From: Laetmonice hystrix
Taxonomy: Eukaryota
NCBI GenBank assembly: GCA_965235115.1
Contig: OZ249438.1
Location: forward strand, 30,628,001 to 30,692,000
Length of the DNA: 64,000 nucleotides
Reading direction: 5' to 3'
Part shown: positions 44,327-57,000 of the stretch, in pieces
Layout of the letters: every line of letters starts with the position of its first letter
Position numbering within the stretch: position 1 is the stretch's first letter
Notes under the pieces: model-generated
Databases searched by the model: none
What the model saw: the letters and a program-made list of their open reading frames with translations, nothing else
What the model was told of the DNA's origin: nothing
Made by a program: the position numbers and the translations under genes

Positions 44327-47148
44327 TTAAAAGCTAGTGCTTTCATTGAGAAAAATCTTTAATCGTTTAAACCCATCGTGTAAACTATGTTTGGCTAAAT
44401 AAACTTGTGCCGTGTAAGCCTTCAACTACGTAATTGTAATACATACTGTAAAGTAATAGTTGCCATTGAATAGTGCTCTTTTATTTAGTCTCATCAAGTA
44501 GAGTTGACGGTATTTATCTCTTGTTGGATTCTGAATTAAGGCCCCATAAGTCTGAGACCATCTACTGTGGAGGGTCTCACAGAACAGGAGCTGTACTTAC
44601 TGTCTCCGTAAGATGTGATGTTACCCGCCCATATATAGGGTTCAAGCATTTTTCAAGTAGCTTTTTATCTACCCCAGATTAGTTAGTTATTTGCTTAGTG
44701 AAAAATGTTTCATGATCTAATTCTTGAATGCAAACTGGGTGTGGGTGTCCCAATGACAGTGACCTAAGACAGTCTTGATGTAGAGTGGGGGCTTTGTTGC
44801 CTATTGTGGAGTTAAAATAGATTTGACAGTTCTGCCTTGCAACACTAGCAGAGAAGTACCCAGATCCTCATCGCTCATAGTGGCTTCTACCCCATGCACC
44901 ATTGTGGGGATGGCCACTTCAATTCAATGTTACGAATAGAAAAAGGTGAATAATACCTTTCTTCAGTTTCTATCTAAGGTCAAGAACAAAATATCCGATG
45001 GGTTGGTCCTGACTCACCTGAACATGAAAAAAGATGTTCGTCCATCATTGCGAGGGTAAAATCCCGGCTTGGCTGAGGTGATGATAGTATCCACGGGTTG
45101 TGGTCAACTGATACTATCATACCACTGGTGATAGTTGAGGTATCGACCCCATGGGCCCACAGAGGTCAGTAGATGACATACCAGTGCTTTTAGATCATAC
45201 ATTCGATTAGTAAGCATCTCGTTCATTCTTTCCGTCCTGTGTTGTACATGTGTAAATCCATAGATATCTTCATGCAGATCCATAAAGCACAAGTCAGCTG
45301 GCACATGATGAGTGAGTAAAGGACAGGAGTGCACTGAGAGACACTCACAGAGAGAAAGAGCGGGTGTGTGGGCGTGTGTGATGTTAGTGGGGGTGAGTGC
45401 ATACTCTATGGTGTGTGTGTGTGTCGGGGTGTGCCTGTATCTGTGGGAGTCAGTGATAACTGGGGCAGTGCCAAGCAGGCACCCGTCTGCACGGAGTTGG
45501 CCCACCCCTGACTTATGGCAGGATTCACCTGACTTAGACTAGACCCGTGGGAAAATGGATCGGTGCTGCAGTTGAGCACCTGCAACTGTCAAGTGGCAGA
45601 GTTCACTGGTTCTTGTCATGGGCATTGTGTCAGATATTAGAGAAGCCTTAACGTGGTCCCAGGCTTGACGTCTGCTGACTTTGAACCGTGCTGAATCTGA
45701 TTCACATCGGTGCTCACATTTGGGCAGAGATAATGGTACGACCAAGCAGGTTTATGTCGTCGAAGGGTACATCAAGACCCTCGAGGTCAGTAGTTCAAAT
45801 GTAGAAACGGGTGGCCAGATCTGACAAAGTTTATACGTCTGGATTTTACCATTTAAAACTACACTTTCTGCTTACTAATATCCCTCCCCCCTAAAGGAAG
45901 TCTACCTTCCGAAATACAATTCTCATGAAAGCTTTACCCCTCCCTCCCCTTATACAAAAAAGAAGAAAGAAAACAACTTGCTAAAATAGGAAGCCTTAGG
46001 ACAAAGGCTGTTGGAATTAATTATAGCAAGAGCAACAATTACTGTGTGGGCTTGGATTTTTTTTCTGCGAACGTTTTACATTCAAACACGTTAGAAATAA
46101 GTACCAAGCCTAGGGGTAATTTTTTAAAGTGCCATTTCATTCAGGAGAGGAAATATAAAATTATGCAGAGAAAAAGTTCAAGCCTGAGGTTTGGGGACAT
46201 TTCTATGCCTTATTATGATGTGGATGTCACTATAGGCGACTGATTCTGTCAGATGTTATACTTCCAATATTTATGTTGTCGCCTTGTACCAAAGGCCTTT
46301 TCGGGACAGTGAAGAAAGATTGATGACTCTTACATAAAGAGTCTCAGGTCTGCCTTGAAATGATCTGATAGGTTGTAACTGTTCTAAGTAGGTGAGTCAG
46401 CAACCAATTAGGCTCTTTGCAAACCTATATAAGTCACTGTAAATCATTTTTAACTATCTGTGCTCCTTAATGTTTAAATTGCGTCTTGTCTTCTCCTGGA
46501 TAATTAAAGGATCCTAGTTTTTAGTGTTATATTTATATCACAATGTAGTTTACGTGGTAGGCAGGTACAGTGACGAAAAGAAGAATTCCGAAGCTGTTAA
46601 AGAGAATTCGAAACCTGTGTGATTACCAGGTGTTGGCCATCCGGCTTTAGGTATGGGGATCTCTTCCCAAGGCCTGCTTATCACAAACTGTCCGTTACAG
46701 ACATGCCTAAACACTGGGTATATCGATAGGCTATTACTGTGTCAAGTGCTCTGGATGCCTCCCCTTCTGACGCTTATCACCGCTCAACTAGAGTGGAGCC
46801 GTGGGAAAATTCTTCTGCCGGTTTTAGTTGTGGTTGGCTGCACTCAAACTGTTTTTTTATGAAGTCTGGGTAACCGCAATACACTTGCGCATACATTTGT
46901 CATTGAGGCAAGGCAAACTACCGGCAGGATTGAGTGTTAAAACTTTGTGGACCCATCCAGAGTGACAGTGACATTACAGAGGTTGTGGTATCTGGCCACA
47001 GGGTGATTTCGGAACCCACTGAGTGGATCCTTGCTTATCTTCCATGCAAATATTTGTGCTTGCCTTTCAATTATCAGCATGGCCGATTAGGGCTGTTCGT
47101 CCCACGGTTTGATCGGTTTGATGGTAGTAAGGAAGGAATACTAAACGA

Positions 47149-47296
47149 CAGCAGATACCAGTCACTACCAACTGAGGGAAACGTCAGCAGACACCAGTCA
47201 CTACTGCCAACTGAGGGAAACGTCAGCAGACACCAGTCACTACTGCCAACTGAGGGAAACGTCAGCAGACACCAGTCACTACTGCCAACTGAGGGG
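47149..47296. repeat. Tandem repeat, 39-bp unit x4
   Basis: CAGCAGACACCAGTCACTACTGCCAACTGAGGGAAACGT at 47149 (36-bp variant), 47185, 47224, 47263. Confidence 0.95.
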
Positions 47297-50200
47297 CACA
47301 GATGATATCAGTTTGTTTTCAGTTGACTCCTGAAATTGTAGTACAGTGTATACCCATCAAGGACTCAGTGATGACATCAGCTTTGTCTTCTCTGGGACAC
47401 TGACGGGGCCTTCTTTACGTTCCCACCCTTTCAGTGACCTCTGTGCGTCGCACTGACCCCTTGTACATTTCTTAGGGTTTATTTTACGATTTAACTGTCT
47501 TTCAGTTCTAAGGAATAGAGATGTATTTTATATGTACAGCTCTGTGCTTCAATTAAAATAAAGCCCTACAAATGTTTGTATAATAGTGTCTCATTCAAGC
47601 AGCAAGCTCATCTAGGGCATCAGAAGAATTTAAATAACTTTTTTGAGTGTTATTTATCTCAGTCGGAGATCAACAGGTACCCGTACTAGAAAGGGACATA
47701 AAGATTATGATCTGCCAGCCAAAGTCTGTTTTGTACAGAAGTAGTGACACAGTATCTATATCAAACACTTGGAGAGGAAGGTTTTTTTGTACCGTACTTA
47801 TGATGAGTGTCATGACTTAGTTCATTGAAAAACGTGTTTATCTTAGACTCTTTCATTTACAGCGGTAGGATGCAAACAGAACATTTAAAGGTAACTCTTC
47901 AAACGTTATAAGATACAGTTGTAGGTTTCCGCAAACTTTGAAACAAAAACAGCATATATATATGTACGCACCCTTCCCCTTCTATATATCATCGTTGACA
48001 CTGTTAAAGCTTTAAAGTCCTCAATTTCTAAAAGTCAATCAACTGTCAGAGTGGCACGATTACTTTCGACGCACATGGCTGCGGTCGGCCCAGAACAAAA
48101 CGTAAAATGTGACGCTCCATAAAACCGTCAGAAGACTTTCACTTTCCGTGGGGAATCCGTGCACCCTGAAAGGTGTTCACGTTGTAAAGTATCAGTCAGG
48201 TCAGATTAGGGTGTCTATTATTTTTGTATACTGTAATTTAACCATAAGTTCACAAGTAATCACAAGTTATGAAGAATTATCCTGCCATTTTCTTTTTAAA
48301 CTATTGGTGGAGACAAATAATCTTCTAGGTCTAAGTACAAGAATGACTAGAATAATTTTCTCTGAGATGATAGATCACGATACCAACATAAATGCTTCCT
48401 TGAAGGATGTTCAGGATCGTAACACTATTTATTGGCAATGTGAAAGACTAGAACAATTTTCTGGTAAACCTTGAGTAATCCTAACAAGACCACTCTGAAA
48501 ACTAGAAAAGAAAGACCAACAACAACAAAAAACCAACTTAAAACAACTTGGGAAATTATTTGATTGTGACACATCCCAGATGACATGAAATAAAAATGAC
48601 TTTTCTTTTTGTCAGTGCTGTCTGTATTGTTGTGGTGGTGATGTTCAACCCCAGAGGCTTGTTTATGTCCGTGTTACAAACTGAAGATTTTTTTCCTTGC
48701 CGGCTCAGACTCCGAGTAGTGGTCGTGATAAGATGGAAGGAGAGGTTTCCAAGGGTTAGCCTGCCTCAGGCCATGCACCCCTTCCAAGTATAGCCATTCT
48801 AAACATGGCATTCCTCAGTTATGATAGCCGTATACTGTTATGGGCCAATATGTTTGAAAACAGTTCAAGGGCACGAATGACCCCCAAAGTCTGCCTCCTG
48901 TCAGCTGGTTATCGCTGAGAAGGAAACTTCGGTCAATGCTGTGCTTTGGTTTGGCCTTGACATTTATATGTGATCCTGAAACACCTGAAGAACGGCCTTC
49001 ATTTGTGAAACCATTTCCCCAGAGTTATTTCACAGTTAGAATATACTTTATAATTTGCAAGTGTTTAATAAAGCACTGCAGAGAGCCAAATTATATATAT
49101 GGCAAATATCTGCACAAGGCACAAAGAAATCTATATCAGGAGACCCGTGCGAAAGCGTCCCTTTGTCAGGTTCAAGCACTATAGGTCCAGTTATGTTTAT
49201 GGTATCAGTCTGAAAGCGTCATTTTCACAGGTGTGTCACCTACCAAGGTTAATAGCATAGAGCCGTGCTCTTTCCCTGTGCCTAATGCAGGGGCCCAGGT
49301 TCGTTTAACATGGGGATGTTTCATGATATATGAGACTTTAGTGTTTGAGCTGGGAAAATAGAGGCCCAGAACATGTCAGCAGCTAGGTGCTATATGATCT
49401 TAAGGACCTGACCCTCTTCAACACAAACCATAAACCGCACGACTAGGCTTTATGCTTTAGTGCTCTGATGTAAATGTGTTCTTACCACAAAGCTTTTTAT
49501 TGTTGGTTGTTGGTTTGGCCATTTGGCAGCCGTAAAATTACAGACCACATTTCATGAACGAATCATGATCGTCATAAGTCGTTGAGTGTGCATTCATCGG
49601 TTGACACTGTCAAAAGACGACTGATAAAACAACCTATAACATTATCCTTATATTAAAATTCCATTACATGACGTTAACTAAATTAGTTAAATAACTAAAC
49701 TCTTCCCACCATTGTACGGAACGGATAAGGACAGTCTGTGGACAAACAATAGCAGAAGTACGCAGGAGTGGGTGGTGATATATGGCCATTGAAGTCGGTA
49801 GGCATAAGGAGGGGGTTAGAGAAACGGATAGCCGACACTCGGATCTGATAACAATAAAATCTGTTTGCGCAGAATACGGCCATTGTCTCAATCTTTGCCA
49901 CTCAGTAAGTACTGTTTGGACACTAAATAAAGCATGAGGTCCCTTTGGAGAAGACCTTACAAATGTTAGTTCGGGTTTGGACTATTCTTTACTTAATAAC
50001 ATCACATTAACATTAGGTTCTGAGAGCACTCTGTACCCCCAAAGCAATGATTATGAATCTTGGCACATTTTGATCCTTATTAGCTGACTTTATATATCAT
50101 CATAAATAGATTTTCTGGGAAGGACCATCCCATCCCTGAGAAAAAGCGACGCTTTGAGGTTTCTGTCTGTCTCATATCTGCAAGTGTACCTTGATTTAGG

Positions 50201-53200
50201 ATACTAATTGAAATGTATAAGCGCGAAGTAGAGAAATATGGTCATGAATGCAGGCAGACCACAGCAGCAGCAAGTCATTGGCAGTTTACTGAGGTCGCTA
50301 TCAGTACGTGGTTTGAGGAGCCACGAGGTGTTTGTGGAACATGGATCAGCAACATGGATCAGCACTACTGGGCCGGCCTAAGCACTGCCAGGTGGCAATC
50401 ATATATTCCATAAACAATCCCAATAGTAGACCACCCACAAACCTTGCACGGATAGGTCATAATTTTTTCCTCGGTGCCAGCCAATTTAGTGCTTCTTGCC
50501 GGGACCGGGACCAGTAGGTAATAGATGGGGCATCGGAATTGTTTGAATAAAAGTCGCCCTGTTTTAATATTTATGTGATTTCATCCAGTTGGTTCTGCTG
50601 GTATACTAGTTGCTAATCCTGGCGTCTCCGAAAGTGCAAAAAGGTTCTCTCTCTGTATGATGGTTCAGCTGAACAATGACTTGCCACAATGAAATGCTCA
50701 TGGGGAGAGAAAACTTATTTGAATGGAAAAGTGTATGTTGTTTTGTCAACATATAATACGTATATCTTTGTATGATTTTGTTGATCTGAGTGCCGTTAGA
50801 ATGCTCATAATCGAATGTGGTTTCATTAGTAAAATCGTAAATTTCAATTCATTAATTATCCCCAAAGTAATTTAAAAATCTTGATCGAAATTTGTCAGTT
50901 GTTCCGAGGGAGGCCTTATCGGAGGAGGGCGCGGGTAATGTCATGGATGAAAGGTTAGAGGAAATGAAACTTTTACTTCTTATATTGACACTCACTCCCT
51001 GGAAAGTAACGCCTTGCGAGCTGCTCCATGTCGAGCCCTCGGGGGGGGGGGGGGTATTGTTGGAGAGAGGACAATCAGGGAGGTGTTGTTCAAACATTAA
51101 TTGAATTTGATAACAGGTGAGGGGAACCCCATCACCCATTTACCGCGCCCTCCCCCATGCTCCTCGTCCTTCTCAAAAGGTTGCAGTGTTCTTCATCAAT
51201 GAAACTGCATGATGTAGACCTTTTCATTAGCTGGCCGCTGTACTTTCCTATTGACAGAAAAGCTGATTGACTGTTGGCCTCAGAGAAACAAACGTTCCTT
51301 ATGGTAACCCATGATTTCAGTTGGTCGGTGTTGTGTGAGTATTGCCACACGCAGGGCCCAGGTAAATAGAGACGTCTGCCTCCTTGGAACACCGACCCAT
51401 TCAGGTGTTCACGGAGTCAACGGACATCAGCGGCATGTAAACCTGGTCAATCTGGAGTTCGTCTGGTGTGCCTGCTTGTGTTGGATCATGTCTAATCTAA
51501 CATTTGCTGTGACCATACTTTCAGCGAGGGCTAGCATTGTAAAGATTGTGTTTAGATTGGCGCAATCATGTAATAGGAAACGCTATAGCTATTTTGCTCG
51601 AAACAACCACCTCACAAAATATACAGTGTACAAATACACATGTATATCGAAAACACTTAAGTTCCATTGTGTCCCGTTGCACGTGAAAACTTTGACAGGC
51701 CTATTATGTGGCATTGAGAGAATTTAATAGAGGGTTTCTTAACCATGCATACCATATCTAAACCCTATTTTCCGTTTTTCTTTCTTAACAAGCACGTTGG
51801 TCATAACCGATTAAAAAGTCCCACACATTAGAGGTCATGGAATATGTTCATTAGAAACGTCTAGGTCAGTGCTAATATTCATTGACCTCTTTACCTGTGA
51901 TTCTGGTCAGTTCTAGGACTTGGAGACGGTGATAGAACCAGTTGGTGCCAGAGGAGGAACATGGGGTGTAATGTCTATGAGAGATTCACCCTTTCCGGAG
52001 AGACGAAAGATCATAATTTTCTCCGTAGGGATCCACATAACATCTCTATATTTAGCATCCTAAATACCAGGTACTGCCGGGGGCTGCGGCCAGTCTGCCA
52101 TGATCTTCCACTGCCGTGAATCCAAGAGGTGGGCTGCTAGGTGGCTTCTGTAGGGTGTGGAGGCTGGCCTGCCGAGACGGACGGCATCACGTGGTTGTAT
52201 AGTAGGTGCCTAGTCTCAGACCGCTGGCCGTGATAGCCTCACTGATGGAGCATGTGTTACTGACAGTTGGTGGTGGTATAAATGGGCAGTAATGATCGAA
52301 CTGGAGTGAGTGGTAGGAACACATGCTGGGGGTGGTGCTGGTGCTGGTGGTACACCACCATTTAGCTGACCCCAGAACTAAGAGCAGCACCGCCCGGGCC
52401 GCACAGACTTCTGGAGGCAACTTTCGGGTGGTTCCTCAAACCCCCGCCTCTGACGCACTCCGTGTGGACCCCCAGATTTATCTTATCCGTGTTTATGGTC
52501 GCCCGGCCGTTAACACATGCTACAAACCTATTAGCTCGATTTTATTTCTAGGGATCAATTAATTTTAATATGTATCTTGCAGTATAATAACATATTTCTG
52601 TACCATTGCTTGGTCATTTCCCGGCAGGGTAGCCAGCAACTACAAAATTTAAGCTATTGTTTTTACTGGACTTGTCTGTAATTTAACCATGGAACTGGAC
52701 TGACCCGAGTTCTATGATTTAACCAACTGATTACTTGTTAGTTTGGCAAAACTGACCCAGAATTAGGTAAAGGTTTGTTATGGACTACGGTAGCGTCTAT
52801 GATGCGGTGTTGATCTGCTTGGATGGTTTGACTCATTCCCATAGGGGTGATGAAGACGGTGTTTACGGTACCAGGTCGGAAGGCGCAGACTGAGGGGAGA
52901 GGGTGGGGGTGTTTACCGTATATCAGGGTTCACGGCAATGATATGTGATGTGCCAGGTGTGAGCCATGACCAGCATGTGTAGTACACGCACCCACGCACA
53001 CCCCACACACGTGCTCGTGTTGTACGTTTCTGGTCCCCCAACAACTGCTTGACCAGCTGGCCCATCAGTCCCCCATTTACACGGCACGGGTCTAACATGG
53101 CCTGCACAGACCATTGCCACAACAGTAGATACCAGACCTCCCTCAAAACCCCCTAACATCCCTAACACCTGGGTTGGACACGTCTACTTTACGGTGATAG

Positions 53201-54021
53201 GATATTCCCCGCTGGTATAACCTTGGAACATTTATGAGAACCGCCCGGGCTGAGCATATTCCCCTTGCTGGAATTCCTACCTGTCTTATTCAATTACGTA
53301 TGTCGAGCGTAATTCATTTCCCAGGTCCTCGACACCTTAATAACTTTTGAATCTAATATTACAGACTCCCTTTCTGTCCATGTGTTCGACATGAAGACCT
53401 ATCCTGGTTGATCTAAAGTTCAGGTAGATGTGTCAGTGGACATTCAGGGGCTTTCACACACACTTTCCATGGGATTCAGAGTATCTTTTTGTTTCCCCTG
53501 TTTTGGCAACTCAGGTGTTATTCACAAAGATTCCGTAAAGAAAGTGAGTCGATGGAAATACTTTATAATCGTATAGAATTTGTATTCAGTGGGGATGTTG
53601 GAAGAAGTGCGTTCAAAACAGGTTGTTTGCGTTGAGGCGTTGCTGATATGGAAAACACCAGAAACGATGACCTTTGCAATAAGAAGCAGGGCCCATCCTT
53701 CAAATGGGATCATTAACCACTGGCTGATGGTGTGTGCACACGCGCACACCTGGGGTGGAGCATCCCAGGGTAGCAGAGTTCAGCGTATGTTTCACTCAAT
53801 GAAGAGGGCCCTACACATTGTACAACCGTAGTAGTGCACGTGCCGACCATGGCTGCACAAGGTTTGGGAATATATTCACTGCAAGTCGTGCTCATCACAA
53901 GGAAATACCTCTCGCCCCCTCCCAGTCCCATCTCCATGGCATGCGTAGCTGTTCATCCGGGTATAAATAGCCCACAGATGTGGTACAGGTAAACTAAACC
54001 TAAGTGTGTGTTCAGAGGCTG

Positions 54022-54058
54022 CTGAGAGTGTGAGAGAGTGAGAGAGTGAGTGAGAGAG
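54022..54058 (+). repeat. GA/GT-rich microsatellite
   Basis: GAGAGTGTGAGAGAGTGAGAGAGTGAGTGAGAGAG. Confidence 0.8.
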
Positions 54059-57000
54059 GTGGTGGGGGGGATTTTACTGATGAGGGTTCAAGTCATGAAG
54101 AAGTTAGAAGGTCCCGGTTCCAGTTGTAAGCCAGGCACGTGGAGAGCGGAACGCCCTGCAGTCACTACAACTTGAAGAGTTCACAGATGGCAGCACTAGT
54201 TTGAACGTTACGGAACTACTGGTCATCCCCTGCCGTGTACGCACCCTCGCCCCCATCCCCCTCAAGTTTGATCGACCCAGAAGTGGCTTCCTTATGGTTT
54301 CTGGTTGGAGTTGCTGAGTTAGAGCTTTGCAGAATATTAACCTTATGACCTATGGTGATTCTCCCGAAATGGTGCATAATACATAACTGTGAAAGCATAC
54401 AATCAGTACATACAGTATGGTCAAGGACCAGATTAGATGTTGGTGAGGGACGTTCTGTGATATCTAGCCTTACCACGGGTACCCAAGGACAGCGTGCTGG
54501 CGGTAGTAATAACTTGAAAAGGCTTGGCGGGATTACAAACTGACATCAGGGTCAACTATTAAGGTGCATGCCGTGGTAATCATTAACAGGCAAAGGTGGA
54601 CCTTAACGTGTTTGAAGTGTCTTTAATGGTGTTCTCATGGATCAGGTCCAAAATACATCAAGTTTGTGACCACATGAATGGGAGAGCTCCATTGTAATGG
54701 AGCGTTTGTAGAAGCTGCTCCAATGTCTGATTGGAAGGCTTTGCACTCTAACTTAGCAATAAAATTGTAGTTTGCGTACAGGCCAGTTTACATGATCTAA
54801 TTAAGAATAAATAGCCTAAGGGCCTTCAAAGTAAAGTACTTGTGTCATGTGTTTCTACCTTTCCCTTAGATCTCTCATCTTTGAAAGCAGTGGTGTGGCC
54901 TTTGTGTCCTAAAGACTCCATGAAACGAAAGCCTCAAATGATTTACTCATTTCCCGAAGAGCTAGTGACATTTATCGTTGATATGCTAAGGACATAGTTA
55001 AGTGACATGTGACAAACAAATGTCTGGTCCTGCCACCTTTAACTGATCAATGTCGATGATAGGCCATCATTTTCTCGTAGATTTTGGCATGTTCGACAAG
55101 TAGAAAGGTAAACAAGGACGTCCAGCAAATGGGGAATACTGACATTTACTGCAGAGCATGCATGCTGCCATCTGTTGGAGCAATTCGACGTTCGGAATTG
55201 CATTTCCTGACTTTAACTTTTACAGAGCAGCGAGTATGAAGCTTTCGACGGACAGGCAGGCATCAAGACACACACCAGACCTCAATGATGTGAACATTAA
55301 TGCTGACATTAATCAATTTTTGAGGCCCTGTGCAATGAATACTTCAGCTGGATACTGACTTTGCCTTTCTGCTTCACTCTCTGCAACTTGCCAAATTGCA
55401 GTGTTCTAGTGACGCACAGTTACGTCCTGTTCCCGTACGTCCTGTATATGTAGGGCTGAATTACAGAATGTTAAATAGAGTGGCCTTCCGAATGGCCTTG
55501 CTAACTTTCCGCATTACTTTATCCTGTTCTTATGGTAATGATAATATAAATACAAATAGTTGAAACAACAGGAGTGTCTTGAAACCTCAGCATCAGCAGG
55601 GCGTGAGGAATTTCGTTATTCCAAACAACTGGACTCCTCAGGGGCACGGCTAGTTCCTCACTGAGACCCGGATTCAGGGACAGCTAGACATAATTTACCC
55701 ACCAGCCCGGAGGACAGCCCGGATATGCTGCCACTGCTGGGGGCCCCCAAAGACTTGGCAAGTTTGTCAACAAGACACCGAAACCTGATTAAGTTACCAG
55801 TGACAAGAAGCGTACGAAATAACGCATCAGTCATATCCGCCATAGAAAATCTTTGACTTTGTGAGCGTTTTCGACAAATGTCTTGCTTGTTATGTTACAA
55901 GACAGGTGTCCAAGAGTTACATAAAGTAAGGACGCTATACTGCCGGGATGGGCAGTTCAGTAATACCATCTGTCAGGCATAAAGTATCCAGGACAGAATG
56001 TACAGTGGAAACCGAAGACTTTGCTTGATCCTGTGTCAAGATCCAGTGACATGTAAAGGGTATAAAATATACACACACAACATGACGCAGCTGTTGTCCA
56101 CCATTCCCCCGAGGAGTGTCTGCAAAATTGTATTCTTACTATCCAAATGAAAATAAAGTATGTCATTGACCAGGATATGGGTATTATCAGTCTTGAAGGT
56201 TTTTTTTGGCGATGCGCTCCTCTTTTGGTCATCAACTGTCATCAAACCGGATGTTTTCCGATGTCTTTGTAACAAAGAATTTTCGTCTTCTAGGTGCAAA
56301 CGTACTGTACAGTGCAGTAATTAAGAATGTTGAGATCGTCATCGAAATGTTCCTGTCCTCAGGTCAGGATGTATTCATATGATATTACTTGTTAATCTCA
56401 AGCAGCCTGTGAGGGACGGCAAATATCACAATCCAGCTTGAAATGAAGATAAGGAGCTGATGTGTTCGTTGATGTGTGAAGAATGTAGGAATTAGTGGAA
56501 GATGTGAAAGCGAGAGCCGAGCGTCAAGTGGCCGTATGTCTTATCGGAAAAACGATCCAATTAAAGAAAAAAGCTGCGTGCCACCAATGAGCCCGAGCCG
56601 ACTATCTGATTGATTTGAGCAGGGTCAGGCCGGGTCAGCTGTCATCTTTCTTGGATGTCTCCAACCCTGGAACCATCTCAGTGTACTCCGTACTGGCCGG
56701 TGGTCAGTAGTATGTGGAAGATGTCAATTAATGGTCAGTCAGGTGTGCCATCAGAAAAGCCGGCGGCCAGACGGTGTGGAGTTGGGGCATGGCGAACATG
56801 CAGGCAGGGAGGGGCTGGATGATTGAGAGGAGGCAGGGAACTGTTGGCAGCCTGGCTGGTAGTCTGGTTGGCACTCAACGATGACTGTCAGATAGGCTCA
56901 GTTAATACACACTGATATGTCGGGAATGCCCTCAGCATTATTTCAACTCGGCTGGCCGTCAGGTCTAATGAGTGCCATGTCTGTGAAGTCCAAGCGAGGT

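Noticed and set aside
45078-45111. C/D-box snoRNA (GTGATGA...CTGA)
   Set aside because: Boxes only about 30 nt apart, the C box is buried in a perfect stem, and no terminal D box at a normal distance.
19352-47296. Tandem arrays as CRISPR arrays
   Set aside because: Units are head-to-tail with no unique spacers, no cas genes, and the context is an intron-containing eukaryotic locus.
46934-47305. 123-aa ORF with RHQSLLPTEGNVS repeats
   Set aside because: GTG start; by-product of the 39-bp tandem repeat.
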